This document shows, in pieces, positions 28,225 to 37,239 of a stretch of DNA of 64,000 nucleotides (the stretch's first letter is position 1; the number at the start of each line of letters is the position of its first letter). The stretch comes from Candidatus Levyibacteriota bacterium. Lineage in GTDB: Bacteria > Patescibacteriota > Microgenomatia > Levybacterales > UBA12049. The position numbers and the translations under genes were made by a program. The notes under the pieces were generated by a model. That model had not been told where the DNA came from. It searched no databases and saw nothing but the letters and a program-made list of their open reading frames with translations. The stretch covers positions 24,129 through 88,128 of the forward strand of contig JAJDCH010000014.1 of assembly GCA_029260905.1 (NCBI GenBank). Reading direction: 5' to 3'.

Positions 28225-30558
28225 TTATAGACTTTTTCGTTCAAAGACTACAACTTCTTTTTCTTCTAGAACAATTTTATAGTTTTTATCTTTCCTAAGG
28301 TTTTGAATTTGGATGAGTTGCTTTTCAAGTGATGGAGCTGATTCTGTAGGATTGGTTCTGAAAATTAATATGTCAGCTACCTCTATTCCCTTAGGCAGAA
28401 CATAAATATATTCCCGGTTTGATAGATGAGCCCCAATGTTATTTGATGCAGCAACTTTCTTATCTTTTGGAATATTATTTAAATAATTGTTTAGAATATA
28501 CTTTTCTTTTGCTGGTTTTGTAATCATATCAAGATTTGGTTCTCTTGATCCTGGAAGTGGTCCAAAAAGATAAGCTGCATAAACAGAAACAATAATCATA
28601 TGTATAGACAAATATGAAAGATTGATCTTGGGAAAAATCTTTCTTAGGACAGCTATTCCATAAATAGCACTAATAAAAATAAAAGGAGTAATGGTTGATG
28701 TGTATTGATAGTAAATTTGCTGAAAATTGTCATTGGTACTTAAGAGGTTTTTGAGAAGATCTGGAATTGCATAGATAAGAACTGGTGGAAAAAGAAGCGA
28801 AAGATATGAAAGGGGTAAAAAAAGCTTTGTTAGATAATCAATCTTTTTTTCAGTAAGAATGGCTGAGACTACATCCTGAGGGGATAAGATTATGTTTTTA
28901 ATAATTTCAAATGGACTATTACCAAATTGTGAATAGTTAGATAAGGCAAAGTGATCTCCTCCACGTGCCTGCGGAATTGCAATTGATACTAAATAATAAA
29001 AAACTCCAACTCCTGTGAAAAATAAAATTGAACCAAGTAGCTTTTTGTTGTGTTTTAAAAAAAGAACAGGACCAAAAAGGGCCACAATTAAAAAAACTTG
29101 TTCTTTGGTAATGGCTGCAAGAAGCGCAAAGATCAAAAATGTAAGGTATTTCTTTTTTATCATGAAATAATATGCTGCAAGAAGGAAAGTTGTCGCTAAG
29201 GCAACAGCATGAAAATCATAGATATTAACCCGTTGCAAGCTTGGATTAAGTAGATATGCTATTGACAAAGAAAGTGCTATATTTTTATTAGTTAAAATCC
29301 TCTCTGATATTAGAAAAACAAACAGTGCGCCTATGGACAAAATAATTGTCTGAATAAATAAAAGGGTTTTGGGTGTTTGGAAAACCGCATAGAATGGTGC
29401 AAGAAATATAAGTATAAAATCTGAATGAACCGCTAGTCGAGATTGGATATTTATTCCATCTGGATTTGTAAGTGTAAATATTCTACCCTGGGTAGTATTC
29501 CAGACAGTTTGTGCCATATTCCCAAGATCAAATCTCCCAGCATAATAGTTTTCGTATCTAAGAAAAGAAATTGTTGTGAAGTAGATAATATAAATAATAG
29601 CAAGTAAAATAAGAATGCTTAATTGTTTGTTTTTGTTAATCCATGTTTCTGTTTGTATTAAATATTTATTTTTGGATTTGTACCATAAAAAAGCAAGCCC
29701 TAAAAATATAATTTCAGATATGATTAGAAAAAACCGTGCCAGCAACGATGCAAAGCCTGCAGCACTTGATGAAATAATTTTTGAAAGTCCAAAAACAATT
29801 ATTCCCTCTCTAACACCAAGACCAGCTGGCGTAATAAAAGAAAGCGTGCCAATCAAAAAACTAAGTACAAAAAATCCAGCCAGTTGAAAAAAAAGTTGTG
29901 GATTAAGAAATGTAAAAGACGAAATAGCAAAATAAGCACCCATGCCAAAAAAAAGAAGGTATGTGCAGACAATCAAAAGATGAATAAAGTTCTCTGCTAC
30001 ACTAAATTTTTCCCAAAGTTTATGAATTTTGTGATTGAAAAGATAGACAACAAACCCGATTAGAGCTGATATGTAGACAATGCCTAACCAAAAGTTTCCA
30101 AAGTCAGGAAAAAGATATTTAGAAATAAAAGGAAGCGACAATATTGAAATTAGGAGTGCTCCAACCACAAAAAGCCCCATTTCAATAAGTAAAAGTTTGG
30201 CAATTTCTTTTTGGGTTATACCTTTGTCTGAAAAGTGGGCGCCTCTTGCTAAAAATGACCAAATATTTCCTGGAACATATCTTTTTAGTTCTGAAAACCC
30301 CCAAAAAAGAACAGAATGAGAAAGAGCTATGTCTGCATCATAGATTTTTATTAGTCTATACCACAATCCCCCTCTTAAGAAATAAAAACCTGTAAAGCAA
30401 CATAAAGCATAAAAAATAAAAATATAATTAAGGTTTTGAAATTGTGTTCCAACCTCTGATAAGTTAGGAAGAATTGTTTTGACAATAAAGAATATAGCGA
30501 CAATTGATATTGGCCAGCCAAGAAGGTATTTTAAGGTTGAAATAAATTTATTTTGCAT
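28225..30558 (-). CDS. Fusion of a flippase-like (UPF0104/LPG synthase TM) domain and a DUF2079 GT-C-like domain
   Basis: RYVPG and PAGLGVRE in the N-half; FDLGN..Q..WNT, H.D.IL, DFH and YQY in the C-half. Confidence 0.7.
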   Translation of the reverse strand: MQNKFISTLKYLLGWPISIVAIFFIVKTILPNLSEVGTQFQNLNYIFIFYALCCFTGFYFLRGGLWYRLIKIYDADIALSHSVLFWGFSELKRYVPGNIWSFLARGAHFSDKGITQKEIAKLLLIEMGLFVVGALLISILSLPFISKYLFPDFGNFWLGIVYISALIGFVVYLFNHKIHKLWEKFSVAENFIHLLIVCTYLLFFGMGAYFAISSFTFLNPQLFFQLAGFFVLSFLIGTLSFITPAGLGVREGIIVFGLSKIISSSAAGFASLLARFFLIISEIIFLGLAFLWYKSKNKYLIQTETWINKNKQLSILILLAIIYIIYFTTISFLRYENYYAGRFDLGNMAQTVWNTTQGRIFTLTNPDGINIQSRLAVHSDFILIFLAPFYAVFQTPKTLLFIQTIILSIGALFVFLISERILTNKNIALSLSIAYLLNPSLQRVNIYDFHAVALATTFLLAAYYFMIKKKYLTFLIFALLAAITKEQVFLIVALFGPVLFLKHNKKLLGSILFFTGVGVFYYLVSIAIPQARGGDHFALSNYSQFGNSPFEIIKNIILSPQDVVSAILTEKKIDYLTKLFLPLSYLSLLFPPVLIYAIPDLLKNLLSTNDNFQQIYYQYTSTITPFIFISAIYGIAVLRKIFPKINLSYLSIHMIIVSVYAAYLFGPLPGSREPNLDMITKPAKEKYILNNYLNNIPKDKKVAASNNIGAHLSNREYIYVLPKGIEVADILIFRTNPTESAPSLEKQLIQIQNLRKDKNYKIVLEEKEVVVFERKSL

Positions 30559-30564
30559 TGTAAG

Positions 30565-30639
30565 TACGCCTGGAGGGATTCGAACCCCCGACCCCTTCGT
30601 CCGAAGCGAAGTGCTCTAAATCCGCTGAGCTACAGGCGC
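30565..30639 (-). tRNA. tRNA-Arg(TCG)
   Basis: Anticodon arm CTTCG-CT TCG GA-CGAAG. Confidence 0.93.
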
Positions 30640-30683
30640 GTATGGTAATTTTACCAGTCTGGAGGGTGAATAACAATAAAAAC

Positions 30684-31040
30684 TCACGAGGACTTTTTGG
30701 AGGTTTCTAATCGTTCTACTCTATCTTCAAGATCTGTTACTTTAATCTGAAGCTCTCTGGTTTGATGAGTTCCAACTTCATTGTCTATACTCAAGTCGTC
30801 AACCCTTCCTACAAAACCATCTAGAGTATTCTGAAGTTTATCAAGTTTGGAGTCCAGATTTATATTATCTGATTTCAGGTCTTTAATTTCATCCTGTATA
30901 TTTTCTACTTTTATTTCGACTCTAAATATTTCAGAATGAAGTAGTTTTGATTCTTTTCTAAGATCTGACTTTGTTGATTTTTGCAAGCCTTTAATTGCAT
31001 TGTCTAGATCTGACTTTGTTGCAGGTTTAATAACGTTCAT
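30684..31040 (-). CDS. Coiled-coil hypothetical protein with TKSDL repeats
   Basis: Heptad pattern; exact 16-bp direct repeat at 30961 and 31006. Confidence 0.65.
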   Translation of the reverse strand: MNVIKPATKSDLDNAIKGLQKSTKSDLRKESKLLHSEIFRVEIKVENIQDEIKDLKSDNINLDSKLDKLQNTLDGFVGRVDDLSIDNEVGTHQTRELQIKVTDLEDRVERLETSKKSS

Positions 31041-31101
31041 GTAGCGATTAGTATATCACTTTTACGCCCTTTTTAGTCAAGATAACAAATGATATCAAAG
31101 T

Positions 31102-31680
31102 CTATATTTGGCTTGACCAGAAGTACCAGAAATGAATAAGAATAGTAAAAAAGATTATAAGGTACCAGATGAGGATGATGCTTGCATGGAATCGTTTGAT
31201 AAAACTAATTGTTTTTTTAAGACTGTTTGGAGCTAAAATATGTTTATTTTCAAGATTAAAAAGTGTAGTGTAATAAAAAATGGGAATTGTTACACTCCAG
31301 ACAATCATGCAATACGGGCAAAGAACACCTATTACAAAAACGCTTTGATAAAAAAGCCAGTGAACAAATATAATTCCAAGAATAACTCCTGTCTCAAAAC
31401 ATAACCAAAACCAACGCTTAAAATTGGCACCTGCGAGAATACCCATTCCTACTGTAACCACCATAGAAAATCCTCCAATGCCAATAATGGAATTGGGAAA
31501 ACCAAAAATCTCTGCCTGTCTACTCGCCATGACAGAAGTGCAGCTGACTAAAGGATTTATGTTGCAGGCGGGTTGATAATTGGGATTTTTGATAAGTTCA
31601 ATTTTATCTAATGTCAAAGCAAATGAAGCGACAAAACCGATTACTCCAAGTGCTACCAAAATATATCCAAGTTTTTTCAT
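31102..31680 (-). CDS. Vitamin K epoxide reductase (VKOR) family disulfide-formation protein
   Basis: C.INP.VSC..V loop cysteines, FGFPN and CPYC motifs. Confidence 0.92.
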   Translation of the reverse strand: MKKLGYILVALGVIGFVASFALTLDKIELIKNPNYQPACNINPLVSCTSVMASRQAEIFGFPNSIIGIGGFSMVVTVGMGILAGANFKRWFWLCFETGVILGIIFVHWLFYQSVFVIGVLCPYCMIVWSVTIPIFYYTTLFNLENKHILAPNSLKKTISFIKRFHASIILIWYLIIFFTILIHFWYFWSSQI

Positions 31681-31684
31681 ATAA

Positions 31685-32236
31685 TTACTTTTTGGGATGA
31701 AGTGTAGTAGTTAGAAATAAAAACATCATAAACCCACCAATCATTATACCCACAAAAGCAATCCCTACAAAAAGCCATAGTCTTTTAATAAGTTCTTGCA
31801 AAAGAAAATAGGATGTCGGTTCCCTAACTTGGATTTGTTTTCCAGCGCCTTCATCTTCCTGGACTCCCCAAACATATTCAACATCATAAAAACCTTCATT
31901 TTTGAATTTGTATCTTAAACCTGTACTTCCTGCTCCATCGGTATATCCTTTTTCCGTATGAATAATTTCTATTTTTTCTTTAGGTTTCTCTCCGACAAAT
32001 CCCTGCTTTTCATTTTTTTTAATCAAAAAATTTCCTTGAAGCTCTTTAATAGGCTCTCCAGATTCGTTTTCAAAGGTAAATACGATATCTACATCTTCTC
32101 CAGTCAAAGGCGAAAGTGGCGTTTGTGTTATTTCAACTGTGTAGTCACCTCTTATTTGAGGCTCATCCGAATGCGCGAATGAGGTTTTGGGAATTATTAG
32201 TAGCAATAGAAAAGCAAAGATTAAAAAAAATTTCAT
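31685..32236 (-). CDS. Hypothetical exported protein with C-terminal TM anchor
   Basis: Signal peptide MKFF...SFA-H. Start moved to 32236 because the ORF-track extension overlaps a tRNA. Confidence 0.65.
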   Translation of the reverse strand: MKFFLIFAFLLLLIIPKTSFAHSDEPQIRGDYTVEITQTPLSPLTGEDVDIVFTFENESGEPIKELQGNFLIKKNEKQGFVGEKPKEKIEIIHTEKGYTDGAGSTGLRYKFKNEGFYDVEYVWGVQEDEGAGKQIQVREPTSYFLLQELIKRLWLFVGIAFVGIMIGGFMMFLFLTTTLHPKK

Positions 32237-32254
32237 AGTTTTAAATAAGTTTTG

Positions 32255-32326
32255 TGAGCCGGGAGGGATTTGAACCCACAACCAATACCTTAAGAGGGTA
32301 CTGCTCTACCGTTGAGCTACCGGCCC
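32255..32326 (-). tRNA. tRNA-Lys(CTT)
   Basis: Anticodon arm GTACC-CT CTT AA-GGTAT. Confidence 0.93.
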
Positions 32327-32403
32327 GAATTAGCTGTTAATCGCTAAGCGTTTGCTGTTTGCAAATTCAAGCTTTCTAATTGTAGCAAAACTGAGCTTAA
32401 ATT

Positions 32404-32994
32404 TCAGCCTTTTTTGAAAAGTGGGTGATTTATTATTTCTTTCCACGACTTAACTCTATAAATATCTTTTCTTAGTTTTTCTTTGTTCCATGGGTAATCA
32501 ATAAGCAATACTTTTGTTTTTCTTGATACGCATTCTTTTGCATAATCCAAATTGTCTTCAATTAATATATCTACTCCAAGATTTTCGCAAATCTCTTTTT
32601 TAGTTATTGACTTTCCTCCAAGCGCCCAATCTGCATGGTTAAGAACATATACATTTTCGAATTTACTTTTGAAGTATTTATCGACCCATTTTTTTGTTAT
32701 ATCTTCAAGCTCAATCTGACGAGAAGTGACTATAATTAGTTTGTGTTTTTTTGACAAAGTATTTATTCCCTCAATAGCACCTGAAAGAGGAATAATCCCT
32801 GGATATCGATCCTCCTTTATTAATTTTATGCAATAATTGACAGCATCTGATCTTGTAATGCCAAGTGTTTCCCACCAGCGGTAAGTATAAAACTGTAGCA
32901 CGGAATAATTAGTATTATTTTCTTTGTTGTATTCTTTAAATATGTAATTATGAAGACATCCAAGCACTTCATCTAAATCTACTGCAACAAGCAT
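32404..32994 (-). CDS. HAD-superfamily 5'(3')-deoxyribonucleotidase-like protein
   Basis: DLDEVL, VTSR, K...C...LIED and PWN motifs. Confidence 0.85.
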   Translation of the reverse strand: MLVAVDLDEVLGCLHNYIFKEYNKENNTNYSVLQFYTYRWWETLGITRSDAVNYCIKLIKEDRYPGIIPLSGAIEGINTLSKKHKLIIVTSRQIELEDITKKWVDKYFKSKFENVYVLNHADWALGGKSITKKEICENLGVDILIEDNLDYAKECVSRKTKVLLIDYPWNKEKLRKDIYRVKSWKEIINHPLFKKG

Positions 32995-33069
32995 GTTTTG
33001 ATTATAGCATCTAGATCCAAACTATTGATTATCTTTCAAAAACACGGTACTATCAAAGTATATTAAAAG

Positions 33070-34239
33070 ATGAATAAGTATATGCAGTTAAAAGATAAAT
33101 CCCATTTATTGTTTCCTTTCTTTTCGTTTTTTCTCTTAATTGGAGCAATTGTGCTTGTTTCTTTTCAGAATCAGACAAGGCAAAGTATAAATTCAAAAGC
33201 TGCAAGCAATGTCGTAAATTGCGAAGTTCCTGGTTCTGATTTGACTATATCTACAAACGAGCAATCGCTTCTGACTCTAGTAAATGAGTATCGTAGTCAA
33301 AATAATGCAGGCCCTTTAGCTTTTAATGACTTGCTTAATAGAGCTGCTTCCTGGATGAGCAATGATCTTGCCGCAGGCAATAGACAAGGTCATACTGATT
33401 CTTTGGGAAGAAGTATTGCGCCAAGATTTAAGGATTGCGGTTATACGGCTTATCAGAATATAGGAGAAAATCTTTTTTATGGAAGTAGCAGTCCTCAGGA
33501 AGCAATTAGTTGGTGGAAAAACTCACCAAGCCACAATGAAACTATGTTAAATCCTATTTTTACAGAGGTTGGAATCGCAGAAAAGGGAGGAAAATATACA
33601 ATGGATTTTGGAAGACCTTTACAGGTGGTTGATCCTTCGATTACCCTAGAACCGTCTTTGAGTGTTACTGGTGTTCCAAATGCATCAGTTTCTGCTACTC
33701 CTACACCAGAAGTAAGACCAACCGTTGATCCTCAACAGCCTGCCACAAAGGTAAAGGTTTCTATCGAGTTTAATGGAATAGGCAGAGCGGGCAATTCTTC
33801 CCCAATTAATCTTTCTCGCCAAGTAGCGCTTCAGGTTCTTGATCTTGAAAATAAAGAGGTTACCACTGCTGTTGCATTCCTCACCTATAATCAACAAAAA
33901 GGGTTTTTTGCTGGAGATGTAAATCTTGGAAAAATTGCAAATGGTACTTATTATATGAAGGTTTTTTCTGAGTTTACTCTGATCTCTCTTGTTCTTCCTC
34001 AATTTCAAGTGCTTGATTATACAAAAACACTGGAGTTGCCAACAGTTCTTCTTTATCCTGGAGATTTTGATCAAGATAATGCATTAACAATTGATGATTA
34101 CACTTTGGCGCTGGCTTGTTTTCAGGATGCAGTCTGCTCAGCTGAAGAAAAAGCGGTTGATCTAAATGATGATGGAATAGCAGATATCAAAGACTATAAT
34201 TTGCTTTTAGACAGTTACAATAGTTTGTCTGGCGATTAA
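33070..34239 (+). CDS. CAP (SCP) domain protein with Pro/Thr linker and dockerin-like C-terminus
   Basis: VNEYR, H, GEN and W.NSPSH..ML motifs; duplicated GDFDQDN..TIDD and DLNDDG...IKD calcium-binding motifs. Confidence 0.82.
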   Translation: MNKYMQLKDKSHLLFPFFSFFLLIGAIVLVSFQNQTRQSINSKAASNVVNCEVPGSDLTISTNEQSLLTLVNEYRSQNNAGPLAFNDLLNRAASWMSNDLAAGNRQGHTDSLGRSIAPRFKDCGYTAYQNIGENLFYGSSSPQEAISWWKNSPSHNETMLNPIFTEVGIAEKGGKYTMDFGRPLQVVDPSITLEPSLSVTGVPNASVSATPTPEVRPTVDPQQPATKVKVSIEFNGIGRAGNSSPINLSRQVALQVLDLENKEVTTAVAFLTYNQQKGFFAGDVNLGKIANGTYYMKVFSEFTLISLVLPQFQVLDYTKTLELPTVLLYPGDFDQDNALTIDDYTLALACFQDAVCSAEEKAVDLNDDGIADIKDYNLLLDSYNSLSGD

Positions 34240-35480
34240 GCACTCTTTCCAAAAAATTTATTAAGCAAACTAAACCTAACTTTTCTTTTGGGAACTCTAG
34301 CTGCTTCTTTTAGAGTTCTTGGATGTCTAGCTTTTTTGCTTGTACTTATCGCAGGAAATGAATCTACAATTTTTTTTAGTGATCTTCCCTCATTTTTTTT
34401 CAAACCAACTATTTTATTAATTGCTAAACGTACGTCTTCCCAGGTACCATCAAAATTTATTCCCAATTCTTCTGCAAATTTACTAATTATTTCTTTAGTG
34501 GGTTTATCCGGCAATAAAGCTGTAATGTCAGATCCCCTAACGCGCTTTGCATTCTTTTTTTCAAGCGCTGATTTGAAAGCATTGATAATTAAATTCATTC
34601 TTTCTGTTTGGGCTCCTGTATCAGTATCAAATTCTCGCCTGTTGTCTTTATTTAAGTTGGCATCTCCGGTGCCCTGTCTTTTTTTCAATTCAAAAATAAT
34701 TGTTTCTTTTGTTTCTGTTTCTAGACCCGTATGCGCTTCTTTGTTTGCTTTAGGGGTTGCTGATATTTCAGAACGTGTTTGGGTGTTTGTGATTTCTGCT
34801 AAAACATTTGTTTGTTCATCAGGTAATACAAGCGCAATATCTCTTAATTCCTCTTGGGTCAGGTCAGGATTAAGCTTTTCCTGCTCTTTTCGTTTTCTGC
34901 GTCTTAATTCTTCTTCAAGAGCGCTTATATCAGCGTAGTATCTAGAACTAATTTTCGGCATTATTGTTGCTTCAGGTTGTCTGACAGGTATCTCAGTATT
35001 TGTTTTTATACTTTTTTTCTCGAGTATAGAAATTAACTCACCTGCAGTAGACTTGCTGTCGGGATTTATCTTTGCCTCTTTTGGTTCTGATTGGCTTTTT
35101 GGTATATTAATAGAAGAGCTAACAGCAGGACGTGTCACGTGTGTTTCTTCTGCTTTGGGAACAATAACTTTTACTTTTGCTTCAGGTACGGGTCTGAATT
35201 CCTGGCTAAAAATACCTAGTGGTACAGATGGTGTTTCTTTTATCGCTGGGGCAAGTGATGTTTCAGCAGTAGGTTGTTTTACGTCAATTGCATTTATCCT
35301 AGGTACAGAGATGGCAAATGGTTTCCCAAGTGTTTTTGCTGGGCCTTCATTGGTAACAACAGTTGAAAGATTGAATTGAGCAAAAGATGATGCACGAAAT
35401 TCTCCTCCTCCTGTTAGGGTTTTAGGTGATGCGATAGAAATATTCCCACTGCGTAATGATCCTCCTTCTATTCCTCTCAT
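34236..35480 (-). CDS. Hypothetical low-complexity protein
   Basis: Long ORF; SD AAGGAGG upstream of ATG 35480. Confidence 0.55.
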   Translation of the reverse strand: MRGIEGGSLRSGNISIASPKTLTGGGEFRASSFAQFNLSTVVTNEGPAKTLGKPFAISVPRINAIDVKQPTAETSLAPAIKETPSVPLGIFSQEFRPVPEAKVKVIVPKAEETHVTRPAVSSSINIPKSQSEPKEAKINPDSKSTAGELISILEKKSIKTNTEIPVRQPEATIMPKISSRYYADISALEEELRRRKRKEQEKLNPDLTQEELRDIALVLPDEQTNVLAEITNTQTRSEISATPKANKEAHTGLETETKETIIFELKKRQGTGDANLNKDNRREFDTDTGAQTERMNLIINAFKSALEKKNAKRVRGSDITALLPDKPTKEIISKFAEELGINFDGTWEDVRLAINKIVGLKKNEGRSLKKIVDSFPAISTSKKARHPRTLKEAARVPKRKVRFSLLNKFFGKSA

Positions 35481-35613
35481 AGCATATGCCTCCTTTACAT
35501 TTGGTACACACAATCTATTATATTTTATACTTTGCTTTTTTCATATTTATGTGAGGTGATTATAGTAGTTGAGGCGGATTGCAACTTGATATTTAGCTTA
35601 CAAAATGATTTTA

Positions 35614-36714
35614 TTATTCTCCCTCTTCAAGCTCAAGCGCATCTGAAGCAAGTGGCTTAAGGGATGGTATATGCGCCTGAAGTTCGCCATAAAGCTGATT
35701 ATTATTTCTTGAGAGTTTCTCTATATATGTTTCCATTCTTTTCCAGCGTCTTTCTGTTGTAGATTTTTCGGAATCAAGTTCTTTTTTCATAACATCTATC
35801 AATTCATCTCTTTGCTCAAATTTACTCCTGAACGAATCGCTTGTAATGACTTTATAAAGATCTCTTAGCTCATCATCGGTATGAGATGCAGACTTTTTAG
35901 CTATTGCTACATTGAGAATCCCAAGTCGGAGCACAGATGTAATTTGGATAACATACTCAAAAGAAGTTACCCAAACATTGTCTATACGATCATAAACTTT
36001 TACATCCTGAGGCATTCTATCTGTAACTAATATACAGTCACTGGCCTCAATTTTTCGCATATCTTCCTTTAGTTTTGTAAGCCAATTTTTGTTCCATGCT
36101 TTTGCTCTTTTTGCCTCCCAAAGAATAGTTCCTGCTACATTGCCAAATTTATTTCTAATTTCATGAATAATATCGCCACCTCTTATGCCTGTTGGAACTG
36201 GTTTAAAATTGTCATAAGGAAATGCTTCTCTAAGTCTTTCTTCAAGATCTCGCTCTAAAACGTCTCCCTGAAGCTGCTGAGAGCCTTGCTTGCCTTTTCT
36301 TTGAGCTTCTTCAAGCGCTTTTTGCATATCTTGAATTTTCTTTTCGTATTCAAGCTTTTCAAGTCGGTGTTTGGTTTCTGTTTCTTTTTCTATATTTTCT
36401 TTTAATTTTTTTTCGAATTCAATTCTTTCTTCCTTTTCCTGAGCTAGTTTTTTTAGAAGCTCAGTTTCTTTCTTGCTTGCTTCTTCAGATCTTTTTTTTA
36501 CCTCCTCAAGCTCTCTCCTTTGTTCTTTTGATGTTTGTTCAAATTCCACTCGAAGCCTTTTTTCATTTTCGGCTGAAATTTTTGCTTTTTCTTTCTCAAA
36601 TTCAGCTTGAATAATTTTCTTTTCTTCCTCACGGATTGCAGATTGAAATTCATGGATAAGTGCTTCTGAAAGTTCTACCTTTTTATTGCAATGAGGACAA
36701 ATAACGCTTTTCAT
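35614..36714 (-). CDS. DUF2130 domain coiled-coil protein
   Basis: N-terminal CPHC, GSQQLQG, G.RGGD and ILWEAKR.K.W motifs. Confidence 0.85.
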   Translation of the reverse strand: MKSVICPHCNKKVELSEALIHEFQSAIREEEKKIIQAEFEKEKAKISAENEKRLRVEFEQTSKEQRRELEEVKKRSEEASKKETELLKKLAQEKEERIEFEKKLKENIEKETETKHRLEKLEYEKKIQDMQKALEEAQRKGKQGSQQLQGDVLERDLEERLREAFPYDNFKPVPTGIRGGDIIHEIRNKFGNVAGTILWEAKRAKAWNKNWLTKLKEDMRKIEASDCILVTDRMPQDVKVYDRIDNVWVTSFEYVIQITSVLRLGILNVAIAKKSASHTDDELRDLYKVITSDSFRSKFEQRDELIDVMKKELDSEKSTTERRWKRMETYIEKLSRNNNQLYGELQAHIPSLKPLASDALELEEGE

Positions 36715-36784
36715 AAAACAGTCTAACTATAATAAACCCTAAAACGTATTTTGACAAGGATAATATTGTGTTAAGATATAAAAA

Positions 36785-37186
36785 GTGAAAACAATTTTAC
36801 GAAATACACTTGTTTATGCTTTGCTTCTTTATTTTCTTCCCCTAGCTGTGCCGGGTGTTCAAATAACAGGTGGTATAATTACCCTTTTTGTAGGGGGATT
36901 TGGACTTGCGTTGATGTTTATGCTTTTAAAACCAGTTCTGACTATAATTAGTTTTCCAATTAACTTAATAACATTAGGTTTTTTTTCGCTTCTGACAAAT
37001 GCATTCATTATCTATATTCTTACTTTTTTTTTAAGCGATGTAACCATAGACGCTTTTAACTATCCTGGCTTTGAATTTTCAGGTTTTGTAATTCCAAAAA
37101 TAAATTTTAATACGTTTTTTGCATACGTATATGCTGCATTTCTTCTATCTTTTAGCGATTCTTTTATAAAGTGGTTGATAGACTAG
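36785..37186 (+). CDS. Phage-holin-4 / YvlD-like membrane protein
   Basis: KPVL...FPIN.ITLG.F....NA motif; four TM helices. Confidence 0.8.
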   Translation: MKTILRNTLVYALLLYFLPLAVPGVQITGGIITLFVGGFGLALMFMLLKPVLTIISFPINLITLGFFSLLTNAFIIYILTFFLSDVTIDAFNYPGFEFSGFVIPKINFNTFFAYVYAAFLLSFSDSFIKWLID

Positions 37187-37239
37187 ATCCCCCTCGTTGC
37201 CAATCATAAAAATTTCCTTTATAATAGTTCGGCTTCATA

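Noticed and set aside
34288-35379. Long plus-strand ORFs (216 aa and 108 aa)
   Set aside because: Antisense shadows of the SD-led minus-strand gene, with no motifs. The same applies to the many 60-137 aa ORFs nested in recognised genes.
35518-35544. Lys-rich micro-ORF MKKAKYKI upstream of the hypothetical gene
   Set aside because: Expected by chance in A-rich DNA; no attenuator helices follow.
36785-37186. Holin-like gene as evidence of a prophage
   Set aside because: YvlD-type membrane proteins are chromosomal. There is no integrase, terminase or structural gene in the window.
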